Shown: in pieces, positions 56,254-64,000 of the stretch
Position numbering within the stretch: position 1 is the stretch's first letter
Layout: the number at the start of each line of letters is the position of its first letter
Position numbers and translations under genes: made by a program
The notes under the pieces: model-generated
Seen by the model: only the letters and a program-made list of their open reading frames with translations
Databases searched by the model: none
What the model was told of the DNA's origin: nothing
Source: an uncultured Bacilli bacterium
Lineage (GTDB): Bacteria; Bacillota_I; Bacilli_A; RF39; UBA660
DNA: 64,000 nucleotides
NCBI GenBank assembly: GCA_944358435.1
Contig: CALVRD010000001.1
Span: 7,977-71,976 of the forward strand
Direction: 5' to 3'

Positions 56254-56832
56254 CTAAATATTTTTTATTTCATCTATAAACTTTCCTATCTTACTCTTGT
56301 CAATACTATCACTATTTATCAAAAATCCATTTAATAATAAACGATTAGCCTTTTCTCTAGAAATACCCCTACTCATCATATAAAACAAAATATCCTCTTT
56401 AAAACTACCTATATATGCTGCATGATTACTATCAACATCATAATTATCAATCAATAAATTAGGACAAATTGTACTCTTACCATCATTCATATTAATAATT
56501 TGATTATCCTGATTACAAATACACTTACTACTACTCTTAATAACTATACCATCTACAAAATAAGTTAATTTATTATTATAAACATTAACACCATGATTAA
56601 ATATTTCACTATGCGTATTACTAGCTAAATGAGTAACTTTAATCTTAAAAGAATTATTATCATAATTTATATTAGAATAATAGTAATATAAACTAACTCC
56701 TTCTTTAACCATATTAATCTCAACATCACTACTACCATTAATCGAGAAATGATAAATAATAGTATCTTCATTTATATTATATTTATAATTACTATTTTTA
56801 TTGTCATCTAATACATATAATATTTTACTCAT
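56254..56832 (-). CDS. sufD: Truncated SufD-like protein (192 aa, C-terminal SufBD region only)
   Basis: C-terminal ...FYMMSRGISREKANRLLLNGFL parallels the SufB tail (FYLMSRGISRERAMELIVLGFL) encoded in the same operon. Confidence 0.5.
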   Translation of the reverse strand: MSKILYVLDDNKNSNYKYNINEDTIIYHFSINGSSDVEINMVKEGVSLYYYYSNINYDNNSFKIKVTHLASNTHSEIFNHGVNVYNNKLTYFVDGIVIKSSSKCICNQDNQIINMNDGKSTICPNLLIDNYDVDSNHAAYIGSFKEDILFYMMSRGISREKANRLLLNGFLINSDSIDKSKIGKFIDEIKNI

Positions 56833-57580
56833 CTATATCATTTCCAATCATAGAATATCCATTTTTTTCTATCTCAAAGGCTAAATCACTATTTCCAGTC
56901 TTTTTTATTTTCCCATCAACAAGTACATGTACATAATCAGGTTTAATATAATCTAAAATTCTTGTATAATGCGTAATTATTAATACTGAAGTCTCTGGAT
57001 TATCATTTAAATATTCATTTATATTTTCACATACTATTCTTAAACTATCTACATCAAGTCCTGAGTCCAATTCATCTAAAATAATAAATTTAGGTTTTAA
57101 AAATAACATTTGTAATATTTCATTTTTCTTTTTCTCGCCACCACTAAAACCAAAATTTAAAGACCTATGTAACATATTACTATCAAGTTCAACTTTCTTC
57201 ATAACTTCTTCCATATCTTTAATAAAGGTATAAAGATTAACTTTTTCTGAACTAACTTCACTTCGAGCTGTTCTTAAAAATTCACTATTAGATATTCCTT
57301 CAATAACCATAGGATCCTGCATACAAAGAAAAATACCTTTTTTAGCTCGATCACTTACTTCTAAATTAGAAATATCTTCTCCTTCAAAATATATATTTCC
57401 ATTAGTAACTTCATATTTGTAATGTCCCATAATAGTTTTAGAAAGACTACTCTTACCAGCCCCATTGGGTCCCATAATAGCATGAACTTCTCCAGAACCT
57501 ATCTCTAAAGAAAAATCTCTTAAAATATCTATATCAGTATCTTTTATTTTTACATTTAAATTTTCAATTTTCATCATCAT
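56825..57580 (-). CDS. sufC: Fe-S cluster assembly ATPase SufC
   Basis: Walker A GPNGAGKSS, ABC signature FSGGEKKK, Walker B ILDELDSGLD. Confidence 0.9.
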   Translation of the reverse strand: MMMKIENLNVKIKDTDIDILRDFSLEIGSGEVHAIMGPNGAGKSSLSKTIMGHYKYEVTNGNIYFEGEDISNLEVSDRAKKGIFLCMQDPMVIEGISNSEFLRTARSEVSSEKVNLYTFIKDMEEVMKKVELDSNMLHRSLNFGFSGGEKKKNEILQMLFLKPKFIILDELDSGLDVDSLRIVCENINEYLNDNPETSVLIITHYTRILDYIKPDYVHVLVDGKIKKTGNSDLAFEIEKNGYSMIGNDIDE

Positions 57581-57826
57581 GACCCATCTCCATCTAATAA
57601 CATATTATATCAAAAAAATCCCAAAAAATATTGAAAATTAAGCATAACTTATTCTAACATAAAAGATAATATTTAACAATTTTTATTTTTAAAGTAAAAA
57701 TCACTCTTAAAATAATAGAAGTTTGCATTTCACACAAAAAAACAAAGTTCAATTAATAGTGAATGTATTTGTATTTCAACTATTTCAATGCAAAAAAAGA
57801 ATGGAAAAATTCCACTCTTAAATATA

Positions 57827-59116
57827 TTATTCATCTAATAAATCTTTAGCATCAACTAGCAATTTAACCAAATCATCTTTACCAGCTATTTGTGCAGTTA
57901 ATTTTTCTACTTTATTAGTTTTATCTACTAATTCAGTTTCTAAATCTGCAACTTGTTTCTTTAACATTTCTATTTCTTTAACTAATTTTTTATTTTCATT
58001 AAATGCCTGACGTTTAAATGCAATTAAATCATCAAGTTTAGCCTCGTAAGAACTTATTTTTACCTTTTGCTCTTTGTTTTTTGCAATCAATTTAGAAAGA
58101 GTTACCGCTGTATCTTCAATAATCCTATCATCATTATCATCACTTGAAACACTAAATTTATTAGTATCAGGAGCAGGTTCTTCATCAAACTTTAATCCTT
58201 CAAATAATGAAACTCTTGTTTCCTTTTCTTCTTTCTTAGGAAGGAATGTTTTTTTAGTATCATCAACAACATTTACCTCTTTATCTTCATTAGACTTAAA
58301 TTTATCATCAAATTCAATTTCCTGGAAAGTAACTGGGTGCAAAACATTTGTAGCATCTTCGCTATTATCACCATTATCAATATTATCAGCTTTACTATCT
58401 GTAGAAGGTACACCATTTTCAGTTTCTACTTGAGGTGGTACTACAGGTTGCATAGCTTTATCAATAACTTCCGGTTTTACTACAACTTCTTTTACATCTA
58501 AAAGTTCTCCTTGACTAGGATTATTTTCCTCTTTTTTACCCAATTTACATTCAACAATTTCTGAATCCACTGTATTTTTACTCATATATAAAGTATCATC
58601 ATTCAATCCAATAAAACTATAATATTCTCCATCTAATAAATTATTACCATCTAAATCAAACACACTAGCTTCAGAAAATTGATCATTAAAAACAAATCGA
58701 CCACCATTTCCCATCTTAGCATTCATTCGATCTTTTATAGTAGCTGGTGTAGTAACCAATTTAGTCGCAGATAATGGATCCTTACGCATATTAACAGAGT
58801 CAATTACACTTTGAGTAGTAGGAGTAGCCTTTTCAACCAACAAAGCTGTATCAGCAATTGGTTTAATCGCCTTATTTTCAAAAGGAATAACAACTTCTCC
58901 CTCACAACTAATAACTCCAATATTAGATGCCATTGCTAAAGGATCTATTGCCTCAACTAAAGCTGTAGAAGCTATCAAACTTCCATTACTTAATTTTTCA
59001 CCGTCCAAAAAATAATATTGCTTTCCAGAATCATCAATACCATACGTACAAATAATATCACTACGATCCTTATACTTTACTTGTCCCTTTTGCACTTGCA
59101 TCATACTAAACACCAT
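57827..59116 (-). CDS. Hypothetical 429-aa protein with an acidic low-complexity middle and a C-terminal coiled coil
   Basis: Composition; heptad-like C-terminus (LVKEIEMLKKQVADLETELVDKTNKVEKL). Confidence 0.3.
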   Translation of the reverse strand: MVFSMMQVQKGQVKYKDRSDIICTYGIDDSGKQYYFLDGEKLSNGSLIASTALVEAIDPLAMASNIGVISCEGEVVIPFENKAIKPIADTALLVEKATPTTQSVIDSVNMRKDPLSATKLVTTPATIKDRMNAKMGNGGRFVFNDQFSEASVFDLDGNNLLDGEYYSFIGLNDDTLYMSKNTVDSEIVECKLGKKEENNPSQGELLDVKEVVVKPEVIDKAMQPVVPPQVETENGVPSTDSKADNIDNGDNSEDATNVLHPVTFQEIEFDDKFKSNEDKEVNVVDDTKKTFLPKKEEKETRVSLFEGLKFDEEPAPDTNKFSVSSDDNDDRIIEDTAVTLSKLIAKNKEQKVKISSYEAKLDDLIAFKRQAFNENKKLVKEIEMLKKQVADLETELVDKTNKVEKLTAQIAGKDDLVKLLVDAKDLLDE

Positions 59117-59243
59117 CCCATATTCTTACAATACTTATAATATCACAAAAGAATAGCCAAAACAACTACTTTTCTGAAAAAATATTAATACTCAATTGAT
59201 TGCAATCTTATCAAAAAAAAGTTAAAATAAAAATGGTGATGTT

Positions 59244-60002
59244 ATGAAAGAACAAAAAAAATTAACTATAGGAATGGCAATATTTGCATTTACTATATTT
59301 GTTTGTTTTGGAGTAATCGTTGTAACAGAAAAAACAGCACCATACTTCTCATCTCGAATTGACAAAAAATTAAATTCTTACTTAAAAGAAAATTATACAT
59401 CTATAATAAATGAATTAAAAATTGGTAATACTAATTATAAGAACACTGTCTACCAGTTAAAGATAACGTCACTAGAAAATAAAGATTTATACTTTTATTT
59501 AAAATATTCTAATAAAAAAATAACAGATACATATAAAGAAGATTACTTAGAAGGAAAAACACTACTTTCAAAAATAAGTTCTGATATTGAAAAAGAATTA
59601 AATACTAAGTATAGCAAAGAATTCAAAGTAACTATTCTAACAACTCTTGATAAATCAAGTGAACAAATCAAAGATAAATTTATCAAAGAAGAAAACATTT
59701 CTTCTCTACCAGTTTATTCTTTAGAAACAACTCTTAAGACTTCATGGAGTCAAGATGCTATTGCTAAAGAAATTATTTCTTTTCATAGCCGCCTACTTCA
59801 AGATAATATTAATCCCAAAAGTTATAATCTAATACTAGTAGATAAAAAAGGAGAAAATAAATCAATTAAAATAAATAATTTAACTAAAAAACAGATTGAA
59901 AATAATAAAACTCTAGCATCTATTATTAATGATATAATTAATAGTAAAAACAGTAATATTTTAACTAAAAATAATATAACATATGAACAAATAAAGGAGT
60001 GA
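59244..60002 (+). CDS. Membrane-anchored hypothetical protein (252 aa)
   Basis: N-terminal TM helix, K/N-rich extracytoplasmic domain; 4-nt overlap with the hit gene. Confidence 0.3.
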   Translation: MKEQKKLTIGMAIFAFTIFVCFGVIVVTEKTAPYFSSRIDKKLNSYLKENYTSIINELKIGNTNYKNTVYQLKITSLENKDLYFYLKYSNKKITDTYKEDYLEGKTLLSKISSDIEKELNTKYSKEFKVTILTTLDKSSEQIKDKFIKEENISSLPVYSLETTLKTSWSQDAIAKEIISFHSRLLQDNINPKSYNLILVDKKGENKSIKINNLTKKQIENNKTLASIINDIINSKNSNILTKNNITYEQIKE

Positions 60003-60400
60003 AAAATATGCAAGATTGTCTATTTTGTAAAATAATAAGAGAAGAATTACCATCAAGTGTAGTCTATGAAGATGAATTAATTAAAATAATTATGAACATT
60101 AATCCTAATACCAATGGTCACCTATTAATATTACCTAAAAAACATTATTTAAATTTTATTGATATTGATCAAGAAATAATTACTCATAGTCTTGAAGTAA
60201 CTAAAAATAAAATTTATCCATTATTAAAGGAAAGACTTCACTGTGAAGGATTAACTTTAGCCCAAAATAATGAATTAGGTCAAGAAATAAAACATTTCCA
60301 TATTCATTTAATTCCAAGATATCCAAATGATGGAGCTGATATTTCTTATAAGAAAGACCAACTTGATGATGTTGGAGAAATATTTGAAAAATTAATATAA
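59999..60400 (+). CDS. HIT-family (histidine triad) nucleotide hydrolase
   Basis: HFHIHLIP histidine-triad motif. Confidence 0.8.
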   Translation: MKNMQDCLFCKIIREELPSSVVYEDELIKIIMNINPNTNGHLLILPKKHYLNFIDIDQEIITHSLEVTKNKIYPLLKERLHCEGLTLAQNNELGQEIKHFHIHLIPRYPNDGADISYKKDQLDDVGEIFEKLI

Positions 60401-60403
60401 TAA

Positions 60404-60433
60404 AAATACCGAGAATAATCTTGGTATTTTTTA
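60404..60433 (+). terminator. Rho-independent terminator after the hit gene
   Basis: ACCGAGA...TCTTGGT stem (one G-U pair) followed by TTTTTTAT. Confidence 0.4.
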
Positions 60434-60455
60434 TAAAAATTTTTATAAGCAAAGC

Positions 60456-60569
60456 CTAGTAGCGGTTATTAAAACCTCCTAAAATAATAGCTAATAAAAT
60501 ATATAAAATAATAATTACAATAAACCCGCTACCTCTCCTGCAATTGTTTGTATTTTCAGGACAAGACAT
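60456..60569 (-). CDS. YjcZ-like small sporulation membrane peptide (37 aa: MSCPENTNNCRRGSGFIVIIILYILLAIILGGFNNRY)
   Basis: GGAGG RBS; the hydrophobic core GFIVIIILYILLAIILGG resembles the YjcZ family. The ORF-track 65-aa version overlaps a sibling gene and is rejected. Confidence 0.45.
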   Translation of the reverse strand: MSCPENTNNCRRGSGFIVIIILYILLAIILGGFNNRY

Positions 60570-60580
60570 AAAACACCTCC

Positions 60581-60661
60581 TTAAACATAAGCACCTAAAA
60601 GAATAACTAGAAGAATAAATAATACTAAAATGATAGCTGAAGAAGATACACAATTGTTCAT
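60581..60661 (-). CDS. Second YjcZ-like micro-ORF (26 aa: MNNCVSSSAIILVLFILLVILLGAYV), not in the ORF track
   Basis: AGGAGG RBS 6 nt upstream; paralogous to the adjacent peptide. Confidence 0.4.
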   Translation of the reverse strand: MNNCVSSSAIILVLFILLVILLGAYV

Positions 60662-60791
60662 GCTTTTTCCTCCTTTTTATATGCTTTCATCTTATTTTAT
60701 GGTAAAAAGAGAATTTTGTGATTATCTCTGTCATATTTATTGCATGAAAATATTTTTTTTGTTATTATAATTAATTGTATGGGAGGATATT

Positions 60792-61781
60792 ATGAAAAAG
60801 AAAAAATTTTTAGTTTTAAGTGCTATTATGGTTGCCTCATTAATTGTAACTGGTTGTGGAAAAAAAGTTGAATTAAAAGATGGTGCTGAAGTAGCTGTAT
60901 CAGTAAAAGGTACAAAATTCACAGCAACTGAATATTATGAAAAAATAAAAAAAGATAATATAACTACATTAATTGATATGATTGACCATAACTTATTAGA
61001 TAAAAGTTATCCTACAGATGAAAATGAAAATGACGCTGTAAAAAAACAAATTGATCAAATTAAAAACACTTACGGTTCAGATGAAAATACATATAAAGCC
61101 TTTCTTCTACAATACTTTGGTGTTAATAGTGAAAAAGAATTTGAAGAAATGCTACATCTTGAATACAAAAGAAATCAAGCAGTAAAAGACTATATTAGTG
61201 ATAACTTAACTGATAAAGAAATCAAAAAATATTATGAAGAAAATATCTATGGTGATATTAAAGCAAATCACATCTTAATTTCTGTTGATGTTGCTGATGA
61301 TGCAACAGAAGATGAAAAAAAGGAAGCTTATGAAGTTGCTGAAAAAAAAGCCAATGAAGTTTTACAAAAATTAAAAGATGGCAAAAAATTTGCTGATTTA
61401 GCAAAAGAATATTCAGATGATGAATCAAATAAAGAAAAAGGTGGAGACCTTGGCTACTTTGATCCTAACGATATGGTTGAAGAATTCAAAGATGCTGTAA
61501 TCAAACTAAAAAAAGGTGAATATACAAAAGAACCAGTAAAGACAAAATTTGGATATCATATAATTCTTAAAACTGATCAAAAAGAAAAAGAATCTCTTGA
61601 TAAAGTAAAAGATAAAATTAAAGAAAATTTAACAAATAAAAAAATATCAGAAGACAATTCTCTTTATTATGAATCATTAGTAAAATTTAGAGAAAGTAAA
61701 AATATTAAATGGAACGATTCTGAATTAGAAAAAAGTTATAATGATTATATGAACAAACTAATTGAACAATCAAAAGCATAA
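60792..61781 (+). CDS. prsA: Foldase PrsA (lipoprotein parvulin-type PPIase)
   Basis: Lipobox LIVTGCG; parvulin domain HILI...GGDLGYF; RBS GGGAGG. Confidence 0.8.
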   Translation: MKKKKFLVLSAIMVASLIVTGCGKKVELKDGAEVAVSVKGTKFTATEYYEKIKKDNITTLIDMIDHNLLDKSYPTDENENDAVKKQIDQIKNTYGSDENTYKAFLLQYFGVNSEKEFEEMLHLEYKRNQAVKDYISDNLTDKEIKKYYEENIYGDIKANHILISVDVADDATEDEKKEAYEVAEKKANEVLQKLKDGKKFADLAKEYSDDESNKEKGGDLGYFDPNDMVEEFKDAVIKLKKGEYTKEPVKTKFGYHIILKTDQKEKESLDKVKDKIKENLTNKKISEDNSLYYESLVKFRESKNIKWNDSELEKSYNDYMNKLIEQSKA

Positions 61782-61789
61782 AAAAAATT

Positions 61790-61817
61790 CGGCTAGAAAT
61801 CTAGTCGATTTTTTTAT
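61790..61817. terminator. Bidirectional terminator between prsA and the convergent membrane-protein gene
   Basis: CGGCTAG-AAAT-CTAGTCG hairpin with T-runs on both sides. Confidence 0.4.
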
Positions 61818-63222
61818 ATAAAACAACCCCATCTTTAGTATACAATTCTTCATAGTTATAATTATACTTTAAATACGTATTAATTGGGTATTTATCGTTA
61901 ACTAAAAAATAATCAAAATTATATTTTTCAATTAATTTAACATAATCACCTTGTAACATTGAAATATTTAAATAATCCTCATAATTATACTTAGAATATA
62001 AATCTGCGCGTCCATCTATGAAAACTAAAATATCATTATATATAAGCTCTCCACCATAATCATAAAAATTATATAATCTCTTAGGAGATTCTTTTCTTAT
62101 AATTGAAACAACATCCTCATTTAAACTATATTTATTTAAATTATTAAAAGTAGAATTAATATTAATTATAAAGAAACCGATAAACACTAATGCTACTAAA
62201 CAGACACTTAAATTAGTACCCCTATCATACTTCCTTTTTTCAATATATTTAAATATTACAAATGACATAATAATATAAGTATATCCCCAAAATCTTATAC
62301 TTTTTAATCCTAAAAAAGAAGAAACACCTAACAATATCAAATCAATAAACAATATTTTCTTCTTACTAAATAATAATATAAAACCAATTAACAACAACAA
62401 ACCAAAATATAAATAATGTTGAGGATTATTCAAAGTAGTAGGTTGCCATTCTGAAATATTATTAATCATCACACTATCCATCATATTAGTATACGGATAT
62501 ATAAAAAGTTTAAATCCATGAGCATTTAAACAAACACCAAACATACATAAAACCATTACAACCAAATACTTTTTAATCTGTTTCTTATTAATCCTAATTG
62601 CTTCAACTTTAGAAGTTCTAAAAGAAAATAAACCACCTATTAAAAATATCAAGCAAAACAAATAACTTAAATTACTAGAACCACCATGTATATTAGCCCA
62701 TAATATTGAAATAAATGGTAATAAATAAATCTTCTTTGAATTTGCATTTTTATACAAATCATATAGAAACCAAATTGTAATTCCAACAAAACAAAAACTA
62801 ATTAAATGAGGTCTAACTTGCATATAAACCACTAAAATTAATGATAAGACCATCCAAAACAACGTAAAAGGAATATTCTTTAAATAATCATCTCTATTAC
62901 CAAAAAAGATAATTAATAATAAAGTCAATATACAAATAAATACATATATCAACATATGAACCTGACCAAACAGTAATTTAAACCCATAAATAATAACTTC
63001 AAATAGCCATTCATGTGACATCCAATACTTACCATTAACTATCCAAGAAAAAACATCTTTTTTTAAAATCCCATTATTAAACATATACTCTCCAGCTTTA
63101 ATATGCCAAAAATAATCAGGATCCAATCTAGCAGTTAATAATAAAAACAAAGATAATCCCAAAATAAATAATAAAATTGAAAAAAGAGTCCTATTCTTAT
63201 TAAAATAATTTTTAATCTTCAT
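61801..63222 (-). CDS. Polytopic membrane protein (473 aa), possibly a GT-C-type glycosyltransferase (YfhO neighbourhood)
   Basis: ~12 predicted TM helices; sits next to recX as yfhO does in Bacillus, but is much shorter than YfhO. Confidence 0.3.
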   Translation of the reverse strand: MKIKNYFNKNRTLFSILLFILGLSLFLLLTARLDPDYFWHIKAGEYMFNNGILKKDVFSWIVNGKYWMSHEWLFEVIIYGFKLLFGQVHMLIYVFICILTLLLIIFFGNRDDYLKNIPFTLFWMVLSLILVVYMQVRPHLISFCFVGITIWFLYDLYKNANSKKIYLLPFISILWANIHGGSSNLSYLFCLIFLIGGLFSFRTSKVEAIRINKKQIKKYLVVMVLCMFGVCLNAHGFKLFIYPYTNMMDSVMINNISEWQPTTLNNPQHYLYFGLLLLIGFILLFSKKKILFIDLILLGVSSFLGLKSIRFWGYTYIIMSFVIFKYIEKRKYDRGTNLSVCLVALVFIGFFIININSTFNNLNKYSLNEDVVSIIRKESPKRLYNFYDYGGELIYNDILVFIDGRADLYSKYNYEDYLNISMLQGDYVKLIEKYNFDYFLVNDKYPINTYLKYNYNYEELYTKDGVVLYKKID

Positions 63223-63961
63223 AAGTTAACCCCTTTTGATACAATTTTTCTTTAATTTTATATTCTAACTCCTTACCACTATATTTTCTACTATATTTTC
63301 TATATAGCTTTTCATATTCTCTCTTTGCAATTATCTCATCATTATCAAATTTATAATCCTTAATAACCTTATTAATAACAGATAATTCATAACCCAAACC
63401 AACCAAGTCATTAACTATTTTATTCTTTAAAACTCCCCCTCCTCTAGTCTTATTACTTTTTAAAGAAACAGAAATGACTTTATTAATTTTCTCTATCTGA
63501 ACATCTTCAGTAAAAATAGAAATCTCATTATTTATAATATCAGAACTAATACCCTTACTTAATAAATCCTTAGTAATTCTAAGTGGCCCCCTAGAAGAGG
63601 TAACAATCTGATTATTAATATAACTTTTAGCAAAACTCGCATCATTTAAATACCCTTGTTGTAATAATTTATCAATAGTAGCATCTACTAAATCAGCAGG
63701 ATATTCTTTTTTTAGTAAAGTATCTCTTAAATCCTTAGAACTTTTAAACCTAGCTTTTAATATTTTCAAAGCTACATAATAAATATTCCACTGTTTATCA
63801 TACTCTCTAGCTTCATCTATATTATCAATAATACCATGCAAAAGAAATTCATACTTTAAAATAGTTTCCTCATACAACTGCACTTCTTGACAATTTTCAA
63901 GTGTCAACTTATATTGTCCATTAGACAACTTTTTATACTTTAATATTTTCATTAATATCAC
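63212..63961 (-). CDS. recX: Recombination regulator RecX
   Basis: Three-helical-repeat pattern; LNDASFAKSYINNQ...SRGPLRITKDLLSKGISSDII parallels Bacillus RecX. Confidence 0.7.
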   Translation of the reverse strand: MILMKILKYKKLSNGQYKLTLENCQEVQLYEETILKYEFLLHGIIDNIDEAREYDKQWNIYYVALKILKARFKSSKDLRDTLLKKEYPADLVDATIDKLLQQGYLNDASFAKSYINNQIVTSSRGPLRITKDLLSKGISSDIINNEISIFTEDVQIEKINKVISVSLKSNKTRGGGVLKNKIVNDLVGLGYELSVINKVIKDYKFDNDEIIAKREYEKLYRKYSRKYSGKELEYKIKEKLYQKGLTYED

Positions 63962-64000
63962 CTAAAACTAGTATATCAGAAAAAGAAAAAAGAAAGAAGT

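Noticed and set aside
60456-60653. 65-aa ORF-track protein MCIFFSYHFS… covering both YjcZ-like peptides
   Set aside because: It overlaps the second micro-ORF out of frame. The strong GGAGG RBS is positioned for the internal MSCPENT… start, and the N-terminal 28 residues are low-complexity S/Y/C-rich read-through.
1-64000. Prophage, integrative element or CRISPR-Cas content, and rRNA/tRNA genes
   Set aside because: No integrase or recombinase (other than the decayed IS110 transposase), no phage structural or terminase genes, no regularly spaced repeat-spacer arrays, and no cloverleaf-like GC-rich tRNA-sized islands were seen. The dut plus nrdDG combination is phage-like in isolation but sits in an ordinary chromosomal context.

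Overview
This is a strongly AT-rich chromosomal segment (roughly 25-30% GC by eye). Almost all genes are on the minus strand, and the gene content points to a low-GC, endospore-forming Firmicute. Evidence for that includes spoVAC, a sigF-like sigma factor with a SpoIIAA-like STAS protein, cotE-ricA(ymcA)-miaB synteny, spoVS, and tandem YjcZ-like micro-ORFs. A Bacillus-type sufCDSUB operon, prsA, recX and the absence of dxr next to uppS-cdsA-rseP make a Bacilli/Erysipelotrichia-like organism more likely than a Clostridium sensu stricto; this is inference. Most of the window is housekeeping: the priA...fmt...rlmN-prpC-prkC-rsgA-rpe cluster, uppS-cdsA-rseP, rpsP, serS with a T-box leader, pdp, ssb, and the suf operon. 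The best candidates for something undescribed are as follows. (1) There are two non-identical anaerobic (class III) ribonucleotide reductase loci 3.7 kb apart. In the first, NrdD lacks the glycyl-radical loop; that loop is instead encoded by a separate 54-aa ORF, with its own RBS and ATG and a TAATG overlap with nrdG, which the ORF track missed. The second locus is a canonical nrdD-nrdG fused to an unknown 140-aa ORF and dut. (2) A spoIIA-like operon has no spoIIAB anti-sigma kinase, and the phosphorylatable serine of its SpoIIAA-like protein is replaced. (3) A minus-strand triad encodes an AbiEi-like wHTH fused to a long TPR array, an ankyrin-repeat protein, and a CPBP (Abi) intramembrane protease. 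(4) A YdjG/YdjH/YdjI-like module (Zn ribbons, TPM domain, SPFH domain) has no pspA. It sits next to a decayed IS110-family transposase and a 36-bp perfect palindrome, and two further Zn-ribbon membrane proteins flank serS. Smaller oddities are noted in the findings: def and rsmB are replaced by unknown membrane proteins in an otherwise conserved cluster, an extra ORF sits inside the suf operon, and there is a sortase locus with an xPDTG substrate. No rRNA or tRNA genes and no CRISPR arrays were seen.
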